DNA of 64,000 bases from Candidatus Woesearchaeota archaeon (GTDB lineage: Archaea; Nanobdellota; Nanobdellia; Pacearchaeales; GW2011-AR1), in NCBI GenBank assembly GCA_964448605.1, contig CAYUZV010000005.1, positions 1,465-65,464 on the forward strand, in the 5' to 3' direction. Below are positions 1-8,164 of this stretch, one piece after another; positions within the stretch are counted from its first letter, which is position 1; each line of letters starts with the position of its first letter. The notes under the pieces were generated by a model. It did not search any database and was not told the DNA's origin. It saw only the letters and a program-made list of their open reading frames with translations. A program made the translations under genes and the position numbers.

Positions 1-80
1 CCTATTGTTGTATAATCATAAGAATGTATTATGTATTCTTGTTTTGTTTGCAAATCAATTAAAACTCTTGCTTTTGTCAT
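1..80 (-). CDS. 5' end of an unidentified CDS running off the window
   Basis: ATG at complement 78-80, open to the window edge (MTKARVLIDLQTKQEYIIHSYDYTTI...). Too short to identify. Confidence 0.25.
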   Translation of the reverse strand, partial: MTKARVLIDLQTKQEYIIHSYDYTTI

Positions 81-138
81 TTTTTATTAAGTTTTTTGAA
101 ATTATAAAGTTTTATATAATTGATTCTATATTTATTAT

Positions 139-1338
139 ATGGATAAAAATATTATTAGGGCTTATGCTTTGAAAAATGCAATTGAGCATTCAGGAAGGGG
201 TGTTGCTGGTGCTGTTGTGAGTGGTTTATTTAATCATGGTTTAAGAAAAGGAGATATTCCTTCTGTTATGAAAGTTGTAAATAAAGTTTTAAATGATGTT
301 AATTCAATGAGTGTTGAAGAGCAGATTGAGGATTTTAAGAAAGTTGAAGATTTGATTGGACATAGGAAAGTTCGTGAGGGTTTGCCTGAAATTGAGGGGG
401 CTTCTAAGGGTGTTATTATGAGGTTTGCACCTTCGCCTTCTGGTCCCTTGCATGTTGGACATATTCTTTCTAATATGATTTCTTCACTTTATGTTAAGAA
501 ATACGGAGGTAAGTTTTATGTTCGTATTGAGGATACAAATCCTGATTCAATTTACAAGGGTGCTTATAAAGATATAAAGAGAGATTGTAATTGGATTTTT
601 GGGAATGTTGCTGATTATGTTATTCAATCTGAGAGAATGGAGATTTATTATAGGTATGTTGAAAAGTTGATAAAGAAAAATGCTGTTTATGTTTGCACTT
701 GCAAGCCTGAAAAATTTAAAAGGGATTTTGTTTTGAAGAAAAGGGCTTGTCCTTGCAGGAATTTGGGGATTAAGGAGGTTCGGGGGCGGTGGGAAAAGAT
801 GTTGGATAAAAAAGGGTTTAAACAAGGGAGGGCTGTTTTGAGATTTAAATCTGATATGAAAAATAAAAATGTTGCTCTTAGGGATTTTCCTCTTGCAAGA
901 ATTAATGAAAGCAAGCATCCTTTGCAGGGATTTAAGTATAGGGTTTGGCCTTTGATGAATTTGTCAGTTAGTGTTGATGATATTGAAATGAAAATGACTC
1001 ATATTATAAGAGGAAAGGACCATCGTGATAATGCAGAAAGGCAGAAAATGATTTATAGAGTTTTAGGAAAGAAATATCCTTTTAGTTATTTTATGGGAAG
1101 GGTGAAGTTTAGTGATTTGGAGTTGTCAAAAAGAAAGATAATGAAAAGGATTGAGGAGGGAGAGTATTCTGGTTTTGATGATGAGTCTTTGCCGACAATT
1201 GCTGGGTTGAGAAAACGAGGATATAAACCTGAAGCATTTGAGAAATTTGCTGTGCAGAGAGGTTTGTCTGAAGTTGATAAAGTAATAAGTCAAAAAGATT
1301 TTTTTGTTATTTTGGATGGGTTTAATCGGGGTGGGTAG
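139..1338 (+). CDS. gltX: Glutamyl-tRNA synthetase, archaeal type, C-terminally truncated (no anticodon-binding domain)
   Basis: Class I motifs RFAPSPSGPLHVGH, IEDTNP, HIIRGKDH and LSKRK (KMSKS-like). Archaeal-type N-terminal helix YALKNAIEHSGRG. The ORF stops about 70 aa after the KMSKS region, at 399 aa versus about 550 aa expected. Confidence 0.8.
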   Translation: MDKNIIRAYALKNAIEHSGRGVAGAVVSGLFNHGLRKGDIPSVMKVVNKVLNDVNSMSVEEQIEDFKKVEDLIGHRKVREGLPEIEGASKGVIMRFAPSPSGPLHVGHILSNMISSLYVKKYGGKFYVRIEDTNPDSIYKGAYKDIKRDCNWIFGNVADYVIQSERMEIYYRYVEKLIKKNAVYVCTCKPEKFKRDFVLKKRACPCRNLGIKEVRGRWEKMLDKKGFKQGRAVLRFKSDMKNKNVALRDFPLARINESKHPLQGFKYRVWPLMNLSVSVDDIEMKMTHIIRGKDHRDNAERQKMIYRVLGKKYPFSYFMGRVKFSDLELSKRKIMKRIEEGEYSGFDDESLPTIAGLRKRGYKPEAFEKFAVQRGLSEVDKVISQKDFFVILDGFNRGG

Positions 1339-1372
1339 AAAGATATTTAAAAATAAGAATCTTGATATTTTT

Positions 1373-1748
1373 ATGAGAAATAAGATTAATCAATTTATGA
1401 AAGAAATAAAAAATCTCCCAGAATTTAAGAGAATAAAATTTGTTTTTTATTTGGGAGTATTGAAACTAAAAAAATAACAATTTATCAGATATTGATTTTT
1501 GTATTTATTTTGATGGGAATAAGAGGGAAAGATATAATTTAAGATTAAAATTATTATCTAAATTTCCTGAGAGTTTTGATATTCAGGATTTGCCTTTATT
1601 TGTTAAAATAAATGTTTTAAAGGGTAAACTTATTTATTTTAAAAATTTGAGATTTGTTTATGAGACTGCATATAGGGTTATAAAAGAATTTGAGTATTTT
1701 AAAAGGATATGTTTTGATTATCTAAATACAAGAAAATTGAAAATATGA
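1373..1748 (+). pseudogene. MntA-like nucleotidyltransferase (antitoxin of MNT/HEPN pair), frameshifted
   Basis: Frame A reads MRNKINQFMKEIKNLPEFKRIKFVF and then stops. The shifted frame continues FLFGSIETKKNNNLSDIDFCIYFDGNKRERYNLRLKLLSKFPESFDIQDLPLFVKINVLKGKLIYF... The GS-x10-DxD NTase signature is split by a frameshift at the T6 run 1443-1448. Confidence 0.6.
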
Positions 1749-2134
1749 AAAAAATAAGAAAGGATATGATTAATCGAAATTAGCTGAAATTATTGATGGA
1801 GTGAATCTTTTTGATAATTTTAATGATTTCATTAGTTCTGGTTTGATAAAAGAATAGAATTTGCAATAGAATGTTTGATTGATATCTGCAATATTGTAAA
1901 TTCTGATTTAGATTTAGGAATTCCTGAAGATGAGGGGGGGAATTTAGAAAATAAAAAAACATTTTAAAGAAAGTTGATTGGTTTGATAAGGGAGATGGAA
2001 GGTTTTATAAATATACTTGTGCATAAAATGGGAAGTTAGATGATGAATTGGCATTTGAAAACATCTAAGAAGGGTTCAAGGATTTTGATTTTATTATTAA
2101 AGAAATTGAAAAATTTTTGAAAAAGGGGAAATAA
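1745..2134 (+). pseudogene. HepT/DUF86-like HEPN toxin, heavily decayed
   Basis: Fragments are readable in three frames: LAEIIDGVNLFDNFNDFISSGLIKE, RIEFAIECLIDICNIVNSDLDLGIPEDEGGNLEN, LIGLIREMEGFINILVHK and GKLDDELAFENI*EGFKDFDFIIKEIEKFLKKGK. The NILVH motif resembles the HEPN Rx4-6H motif. At least three frameshifts and one in-frame stop. The ATG overlaps the MntA-like stop. Confidence 0.5.
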
Positions 2135-2139
2135 ATAAA

Positions 2140-2147
2140 TTTATAAA
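2140..2147 (+). promoter_or_regulatory. TATA box (TTTATAAA) for first pilin-like gene
   Basis: TTTATAAA lies about 50-70 nt upstream of the start. The same motif is at equivalent positions 2707-2714 and 3267-3274 before the two paralogues. Confidence 0.45.
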
Positions 2148-2189
2148 CTAAAATATCTTCAATAAATTAATAAATACTTAAAAAGAGAA

Positions 2190-2669
2190 ATGAAAGGAGG
2201 TTTGAAAAATATGATAAACAAAAGAGCTCAAGCACAGATTATTACAACTGTTCTGATTATTCTGTTGGTTCTTGCTGCTATTGTTATTGTTTGGCAAGTA
2301 GTTAGTGGAACTATTGAAGGGGGTGGTGAACAGATTCAATCTCAATCAGGTTGTATTGGTGTTAGTATGGAAGTTACAGATATTGTAACAACAAGTGGTT
2401 CTGAATCTATTACAGTTAGAAGAGGGCAGGGGGAAACTGAAACAAAAGTTACTGATTGCAAGGTTTTTGTTGATGGACAATTAGCAGGGACATGTAATGG
2501 AGCAAGTGGATGTTCTTATTCTGAATCATCTCCTATGAATCCTTTGGATACCTGTGTAGTTGATTCGCTTAGTCCAGCTCCGACTGCATCAAGTACAGTT
2601 TCTGTAGCTGCTCAGGTGGGTAATACTGTATGTGCTGCATCTGCAGATGTTTTAGCATCTAATTTTTAA
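2190..2669 (+). CDS. Class III signal peptide (type IV pilin/archaellin-like) secreted protein, copy 1
   Basis: N-terminus ..MINKRAQAQIITTVLIILLVLAAIVIVW has a basic stretch, a KRAQ cleavage-like site and a hydrophobic helix. SD AAAGGAGGT lies 8 nt before internal ATG 2211, the likely true start. The C-domain is Cys-containing and Thr/Ser-rich. Confidence 0.7.
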   Translation: MKGGLKNMINKRAQAQIITTVLIILLVLAAIVIVWQVVSGTIEGGGEQIQSQSGCIGVSMEVTDIVTTSGSESITVRRGQGETETKVTDCKVFVDGQLAGTCNGASGCSYSESSPMNPLDTCVVDSLSPAPTASSTVSVAAQVGNTVCAASADVLASNF

Positions 2670-2748
2670 TTTTTTATTTTTTTATAATTTTTAATTTATA
2701 ATTAGATTTATAAAGTAGATTTTCTTTTGTATTTATTAATAAAGAGAA

Positions 2749-3228
2749 ATGAAAGGAGGTTTGAAAAATATGATAAACAAAAGAGCTCAAGCACAGATTA
2801 TTACAACTGTTCTGATTATTCTGTTGGTTCTTGCTGCTATTGTTATTGTTTGGCAAGTAGTTAGTGGAACTATTGAAGGGGGTGGTGAACAGATTCAATC
2901 TCAATCAGGTTGTATTGGTGTTAGTATGGAAGTTACAGATATTGTAACAACAAGTGGTTCTGAATCTATTACAGTTAGAAGAGGGCAGGGGGAAACTGAA
3001 ACAAAAGTTACTGATTGCAAGGTTTTTGTTGATGGACAATTAGCAGGGACATGTAATGGAGCAAGTGGATGTTCTTATTCTGAATCATCTCCTATGAATC
3101 CTTTGGATACCTGTGTAGTTGATTCGCTTAGTCCAGCTCCGACTGCATCAAGTACAGTTTCTGTAGCTGCTCAGGTGGGTAATACTGTATGTGCTGCATC
3201 TGCAGATGTTTTAGCATCTGATTTTTAA
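2749..3228 (+). CDS. Class III signal peptide pilin-like protein, copy 2 (1 aa different from copy 1)
   Basis: 158 of 159 aa are identical to 2190-2669. It has the same SD and internal ATG (2770). Confidence 0.7.
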   Translation: MKGGLKNMINKRAQAQIITTVLIILLVLAAIVIVWQVVSGTIEGGGEQIQSQSGCIGVSMEVTDIVTTSGSESITVRRGQGETETKVTDCKVFVDGQLAGTCNGASGCSYSESSPMNPLDTCVVDSLSPAPTASSTVSVAAQVGNTVCAASADVLASDF

Positions 3229-3308
3229 TTTTTTATTTTTTTATAATTTTTAATTTATTCTTAAAATTTATAAACTAAGTTTTCCTTTAATTTTATTAAT
3301 AAAGAGGA

Positions 3309-3749
3309 ATGAAAGGAGGTTTGAAAAATATGATACTTAATAATAAAAGGGCACAAGCTCAAATAATAACTATAGTTTTAATTATTCTATTGGTTCTTGC
3401 AGGCATTGTTATTTTGTGGAATGTTGTTAGTGGGACTATTGAGGAGGGTGGTGAACAAGTAGAAGTTCAATCAGGATGTATTGGAGTTAACATGGAGGTT
3501 ACTAATGCTATTTTAGGTTCTGATACAGTTACTATAAGAAGAGGTCAGGGTGAAGAAGATTTGAGAGTTACAGGATATAAACTATTTGTTAATGGGGCAC
3601 TTGTTGATGAAGGAGATATTAATTTTGATCCTTTGGACACTTATGATGCAACTGGACTTAGTGCATTACAAGAGGGAGACAAAGTTTCTGTTGCTCCAAA
3701 AATAGGAACTACTATCTGCGCACCTTCTACAGAATATATTGTTGAATAA
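3309..3749 (+). CDS. Class III signal peptide pilin-like protein, diverged paralogue
   Basis: It shares MKGGLKNMI..KRAQAQIIT.VLIILLVLA.IVI.W.VVSGTIE.GGEQ...SGCIGV.MEVT with copies 1 and 2. The C-terminal half diverges. Confidence 0.7.
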   Translation: MKGGLKNMILNNKRAQAQIITIVLIILLVLAGIVILWNVVSGTIEEGGEQVEVQSGCIGVNMEVTNAILGSDTVTIRRGQGEEDLRVTGYKLFVNGALVDEGDINFDPLDTYDATGLSALQEGDKVSVAPKIGTTICAPSTEYIVE

Positions 3750-3761
3750 TTTTTTTATTTT

Positions 3762-5153
3762 TTAGAATTTTTTTATCATGTAGATTTTATTTTTATCTAA
3801 TTGATAGTTGAGCTTTTTGTAGTATTTTCTTACTCCTATTCCTGAAATTACATTCAGAGTTTTTATTTTATTTTTTTTGCAAATGGATTCTGCTTTTTTC
3901 ATTAGTTTTTTTCCTAATCCTGAATGTTGTCCGAGATTTTTGGATTTTTCTCCGATTGAGAGTGCTTTTCCATAAACATGCAATTCCCTTACAAAAGCTT
4001 TTTTATTAAATATTCTTAATCTGCAGAGTCCAAATAAGATGTTTTGATTGTTTAGAAATTCAATGAAATATTCTTCCCCATCTGATGCCTGATATTGGGT
4101 GGTTTTTATTTTTAGTTTGTTGTTGATTTTTTGTTTTGGAGATAAATCTCTTAAGTTGAAACCTATTTCTCGAAATCTTATTTCATTGATTGGTGTTTTT
4201 AATTTTCTAAGTTCTTGTTCTATGTCTCTTCTTAAATCAATTCTTGTTGTTCCTGCAACCAAATAATCAGGAGGTATTTCTCTCATTACTCTCATAACTC
4301 TGCAATAGTTTGGAATTATTTTCATAATTTTTATAATTAATTCCTGAATTTGTTTTTTTGTGTAAGGTTTGTATTTGTTTTTTTTGTATAATTTTTCTAA
4401 TTCTGCACCTTTTAAAACCTGGCAGGGATAGATTTTTAGTTGGTCGGGTTTGTAATCTTGATTTTTGAAAAGTTCTTTGAACATTTTTAAATCTTTTTTT
4501 GGATTGCTGTCTGGAAGTCCGAGCATCATATGGTAACCGATTTTGAATCCTGAATCTTTAAGAAGCTTTGTTGCTTCTATAACCTGTTTTAGAGTGTGTC
4601 CTCTATTTACTTTTTTATAGATTTTATTGTCTAAACATTGGACACCTATTTCCACTCTTGTGCATCCGTAATTGAGAATTCTCTTTATAATTCTGGAAGT
4701 AATAGTGTCGGGTCTTGATTCTATGCAAAGTGCTATGCATCGGTGTTTTGTTTTTTCATTTGTTTTTTTTGCTTGTTCTAAGGTCTTTGAATTTTTATTG
4801 TTTAGTGCTTCATAGATTTGTTTTATAAAATTGTTTTGATATTGAATTGGATAATCTAAAAAGTTTCCTCCCATTATTATTATTTCAATTTTGTCTGTTG
4901 GATGGTTCATTAGTTTGAATGATTTTAATCTTGATTTGACTTGTTCAGATGCATTGTATTTCAATATGGAGGCTCTTAAAACTGGAGGGGATTTGGGGGT
5001 GTAGGATTGAGGAACATTTAATGAGGGACAGTAAAGACAAGTTCCGTGTTTGCAAGGACGAGGTTTGCACATCACTGCAATAGGAGTTACACCTGCTAAT
5101 GTTTTGCTTGGTTTTCTAATTTCATTTGGTGATGGGAGTTTCATATATTTCAA
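3762..5153 (-). CDS. elp3: Elp3-type radical SAM / GNAT acetyltransferase
   Basis: Radical-SAM cluster region CKHGTCLYCPS, then RVEIGVQ and GLPDS. The C-terminal GNAT-like region reads RELHVYG...QHSGLGKKLMKKAE. Confidence 0.8.
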   Translation of the reverse strand: MKYMKLPSPNEIRKPSKTLAGVTPIAVMCKPRPCKHGTCLYCPSLNVPQSYTPKSPPVLRASILKYNASEQVKSRLKSFKLMNHPTDKIEIIIMGGNFLDYPIQYQNNFIKQIYEALNNKNSKTLEQAKKTNEKTKHRCIALCIESRPDTITSRIIKRILNYGCTRVEIGVQCLDNKIYKKVNRGHTLKQVIEATKLLKDSGFKIGYHMMLGLPDSNPKKDLKMFKELFKNQDYKPDQLKIYPCQVLKGAELEKLYKKNKYKPYTKKQIQELIIKIMKIIPNYCRVMRVMREIPPDYLVAGTTRIDLRRDIEQELRKLKTPINEIRFREIGFNLRDLSPKQKINNKLKIKTTQYQASDGEEYFIEFLNNQNILFGLCRLRIFNKKAFVRELHVYGKALSIGEKSKNLGQHSGLGKKLMKKAESICKKNKIKTLNVISGIGVRKYYKKLNYQLDKNKIYMIKKF

Positions 5154-5185
5154 AGTATTTTTAAGCTTTAAAACATTACTTTTTT

Positions 5186-5875
5186 ATGGAATTTAAAATT
5201 ATATCTGCGAATGAGTATTTGAAAAGTAATGAAAAGCCTGAACAAGAGGAAGTTTGGGATTCTATTGCAAAACCATGGAAAATTTATGTTGTTAAGAAGA
5301 TTCCGATTGTTGTGAATTTTATTAAAGAGAAAAAAGGTCGGGTTTTGGATTTAGGTTGTGGAACAGGAAGAAACATGATTTTTAATAAGGATGTTGTTTA
5401 TTATGGTGTTGATTTTAGTGGAGGGCAGATAAAACAAGCTGAGAAGCATATTGAAAAAAATAAAATAAATGCAGAATTGTTTAAAATTAGTGTTTTGGAG
5501 TTAGTTGATAAATTTGGAAAAGAGTTTTTTGATTATGGGTTGTTTATTGCGACTTTGCATTGTATTGAAAGTGCTGGTGAGAGAAAGAAGGTTTTGAATA
5601 ATTTTTATAAGGTTTTGAAAAAAGGGGCAGAGGGTTTGATTAGTGTCTGGAATTCAGAGGACAAGAGGTTTGATTGTGTTGGAAATTCTGGAGATATTTA
5701 TATGTCTTGGTTGGAAAATGGTAAACCCTATATGAGATATTATTATCTTTTCAAAAAACAAGAATTCTTTAATCTAATTAAAAAATCAGGGTTTAAAATT
5801 TTAGAATTCTACAAACCTCAAGAACACGACAGATTTTCTAAAAAGAATTGGATTGTTAGGGTTAGGAAGGTTTAA
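5186..5875 (+). CDS. Class I SAM-dependent methyltransferase
   Basis: SAM-binding motif I VLDLGCGTGRN and a type-11-like layout. Confidence 0.7.
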   Translation: MEFKIISANEYLKSNEKPEQEEVWDSIAKPWKIYVVKKIPIVVNFIKEKKGRVLDLGCGTGRNMIFNKDVVYYGVDFSGGQIKQAEKHIEKNKINAELFKISVLELVDKFGKEFFDYGLFIATLHCIESAGERKKVLNNFYKVLKKGAEGLISVWNSEDKRFDCVGNSGDIYMSWLENGKPYMRYYYLFKKQEFFNLIKKSGFKILEFYKPQEHDRFSKKNWIVRVRKV

Positions 5876-5892
5876 AAATATTAAATTTATAT

Positions 5893-6315
5893 TTGGAGAT
5901 GGTAGTTGAGATTCAGGTAGAGGAATTTGTAACATCAGGGGAAAGTGTTTATCGGCATTATAGTGCTTTTATAGATGGAAGAATTATATTTCCAGGAGAT
6001 AAAGGTTATCCAGATTTAAGTATAGGAAACGAATGGGAAAGGATAGGTTCTGATGGGATTTTTTATCCTCGTTATGTTATTTATCTTTCTTGTGAAAATG
6101 GTGATAAACTTGTTCAAGAGTATCAAGGTTTGATTAGTCAGGGATTATATGAAAATAGTGATTTAGTTAGTTTGATTAGTAGATATAAATCAAAGAGATT
6201 TAATCATATTGGAGGGAATGTTTTCAGGACTATTTCTGGAGATGATGATAATTTGATTTTATTTAGGAGTTCTAAGGTAAGGAAGATAAATAGAGAAAGA
6301 GTAATGATTGATTAA
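5893..6315 (+). CDS. Hypothetical protein
   Basis: 140-aa ORF of normal composition with no motif recognised. The likely start is ATG 5899. Confidence 0.4.
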   Translation: MEMVVEIQVEEFVTSGESVYRHYSAFIDGRIIFPGDKGYPDLSIGNEWERIGSDGIFYPRYVIYLSCENGDKLVQEYQGLISQGLYENSDLVSLISRYKSKRFNHIGGNVFRTISGDDDNLILFRSSKVRKINRERVMID

Positions 6316-6755
6316 ATCCATTTTCTTGTTTTTGATTTGTATTTTAAAAATTTTTTTCCAAATGTTTTTTTATTTTTTTCTTCTTCAAAAGGTATAAATA
6401 TGAAATGAATTATTAGAAAAAATATTAAAGGAGATATGAAAGATATGATATTTGTGAATAAAATTGAAAATCCTATTAGGAAAAGAATTCCTCCGAGATA
6501 CATTGGGTTTCTGCTGTATTTGTAAATGTTTTCTGTTACAAGTGTTTTTGATTTTTCGAATTTTTCTGTTGTGTTGTTTTTTTTGAATAAAAACCAACTA
6601 TAATAAATTAAAAATAATCCTAATAAAATTAAAATTGTTCCTGTTAAATTGTAAGGGAATTTTATTAGATTGTATTGAGGTGTTAAAAAATAGAGTGCTA
6701 TTGTCAAAGATAAGCAAAAATAAAAATAAGTTGGAGGTATTGATATTGGTTTCAT
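6312..6755 (-). CDS. Isoprenylcysteine carboxyl / phospholipid methyltransferase family membrane protein
   Basis: Multi-TM protein with YSRNPMYLGGILFLIG, the RNPMYxG motif of the ICMT/PEMT family. There is a 4-nt overlap with the hisS stop. Confidence 0.6.
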   Translation of the reverse strand: MKPISIPPTYFYFCLSLTIALYFLTPQYNLIKFPYNLTGTILILLGLFLIYYSWFLFKKNNTTEKFEKSKTLVTENIYKYSRNPMYLGGILFLIGFSILFTNIISFISPLIFFLIIHFIFIPFEEEKNKKTFGKKFLKYKSKTRKWI

Positions 6756-7909
6756 TTTAAAGATTTAATTTTTTTGAGAAGTGTTGTTTCTGCTAAATAT
6801 TCTTCCTTTCCTGTGTTCATATTTTTTAGTTTTAGTTTTTTCTTTTTGATTTCTTCTTCACCTATGAAAATTGTTAAAGGGATGTTTTTAGAATTTGCAT
6901 AGTCAAGTGCTTTTCCTGGTTTATTGTAGTATACTTGTGCTGGAATATTTAGAGAACGGATTTTGTCTGCTAATTCAATTGCTTTTTTGTCCTGATTTAG
7001 TGAGATTATTAAAACTTTTTTGAAGAGTGGTTGAATTTTGGCTAGTTTTTCTAATCTATCTAATCCAAATGATATTCCTGTTGACTGGATGTTGTTTATC
7101 ATATAAGAACCTCCTGCGGATATTGTTTCTTTTAAATCTGATTTAACTTCAAAGATTGTTCCATTGTAATAAGATAGTCCTCTTGCTAAGAAAGGTTGAA
7201 AATTTAATTTTAGATTGTATAACTTGGAGAGACTTTTGAGTTCTTTTATTTCTTTATAAGATTGATATTTTTCAAAATAAGATTCGGGTTTTTTGAATAT
7301 ATTAAGAATTTTTTCTGCATTTAGTTTTTTCAGGTTTTCTTTTATTTGTTTTTCAGGTAGTTTGTCTATTTTATCTATTTCCTTTATTGCTTGTTCTTTA
7401 TTGCTTATTTTTAGTTCTTCTAAAATTTCATTTAAAAGTTTTCGGTTATTTATGTTTATTGTGAATTTTATTTTTAATTTTGTTAAGATTTCTTTGATTA
7501 AGTTTAGGATTTCAGCTTCGTCTTTTAAAGTTGCACTGATTATGTCTGCATCGCACTGGGTGAATTGTCGCCATCGATTTCCTGTGATTGGTTCATCTCT
7601 GAAAACTTCTCCTATTTGATATCTTTTGTAGGGGAGTTTTTTGTTTTTTGCTAATCTTTTTAATTGAAATGTGAATTCGTATCTTAGTGCTAAATTTCTT
7701 TTTCCTTTGTCTTTTAATTTGAAGATGTCTGAAACTGCTTCATCATTTGTATTTTCTCCTTTAACAAAATCCTGGTTTTCGATTATTGGGGTTTCAACTG
7801 GTATGAAATTGTAAAGTTGGAAAGTTTCTTCTATGATTTTTTTAATAAGATTTCTTTTAGAAGCATTTTCAATATCTCGAAATCCTTTGATTATGTCTGT
7901 TTTATCCAT
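6752..7909 (-). CDS. hisS: Histidyl-tRNA synthetase
   Basis: Class II motifs: GFRDI.., LRYEFTFQLKR, YQIGEVFRDEP, WRQFTQCDADI and GGSY...GISFGLDRL. SD GGAGGA lies upstream. Confidence 0.8.
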   Translation of the reverse strand: MDKTDIIKGFRDIENASKRNLIKKIIEETFQLYNFIPVETPIIENQDFVKGENTNDEAVSDIFKLKDKGKRNLALRYEFTFQLKRLAKNKKLPYKRYQIGEVFRDEPITGNRWRQFTQCDADIISATLKDEAEILNLIKEILTKLKIKFTININNRKLLNEILEELKISNKEQAIKEIDKIDKLPEKQIKENLKKLNAEKILNIFKKPESYFEKYQSYKEIKELKSLSKLYNLKLNFQPFLARGLSYYNGTIFEVKSDLKETISAGGSYMINNIQSTGISFGLDRLEKLAKIQPLFKKVLIISLNQDKKAIELADKIRSLNIPAQVYYNKPGKALDYANSKNIPLTIFIGEEEIKKKKLKLKNMNTGKEEYLAETTLLKKIKSLK

Positions 7910-7927
7910 TTTATCCTCCTTTTGAAA

Positions 7928-8000
7928 AGCGGAAGGTGAGAGTCGAACTCACTTTTCCCGGACCACAACCGGATGTAATAACCGTTATACGACATCCGCC
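7928..8000 (-). tRNA. tRNA-His (GUG) with encoded G-1
   Basis: Cloverleaf folded by hand. Acceptor GCGGATG/CTTCCGC has one U:U mismatch. Anticodon arm is TCCGG-TTGTGGT-CCGGG and T arm is GTGAG-TTCGACT-CTCAC. There is an extra 5' G and no encoded CCA. Confidence 0.8.
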
Positions 8001-8164
8001 ATATGTAGATTTAGTTAAAGCAGGTATTAAAAAGTTTTTGTTTGTAAAATTATCAGGAAAATAAGCTAAGCTATAATTAGTGATGGGGATAACTCCCTGC
8101 AATTTTATAGCTTGTTTTGTTTTTCATGTTTTAGATAAAATAATTGAGTTTATAAGGTTTGTGT

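Larger units (their letters stand above)
2183..3259. repeat. Tandem duplication, two ~518-bp near-identical units with a 559-bp period
   Basis: 2183-2700 and 2742-3259 match by eye apart from one coding difference (aat to gat, N to D at the penultimate codon). Each unit carries the SD, the whole CDS and the T-rich 3' flank. Confidence 0.9.

Noticed and set aside
547-918. Antisense ORFs inside gltX. There are many similar antisense or alternate-frame ORFs in the track, for example 7293-7619, 8409-8882, 17007-17498, 18978-19454, 20074-21819, 30575-31349, 32232-32650, 33066-33615, 58296-58487 and 62324-63128.
   Set aside because: They have low-complexity Phe/Leu/Ser/Ile-rich translations typical of the reverse strand of AT-rich genes. 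All are nested in well-supported genes, and none shows a motif or an SD.
2674-2904. 76-aa minus-strand ORF spanning the junction of the pilin duplication.
   Set aside because: It is antisense to the pilin-like gene's N-terminus and promoter, and it is Asn-rich and low complexity.
7911-8102. 63-aa ORF on the minus strand upstream of hisS.
   Set aside because: It is fully occupied by the tRNA-His gene and its promoter region.
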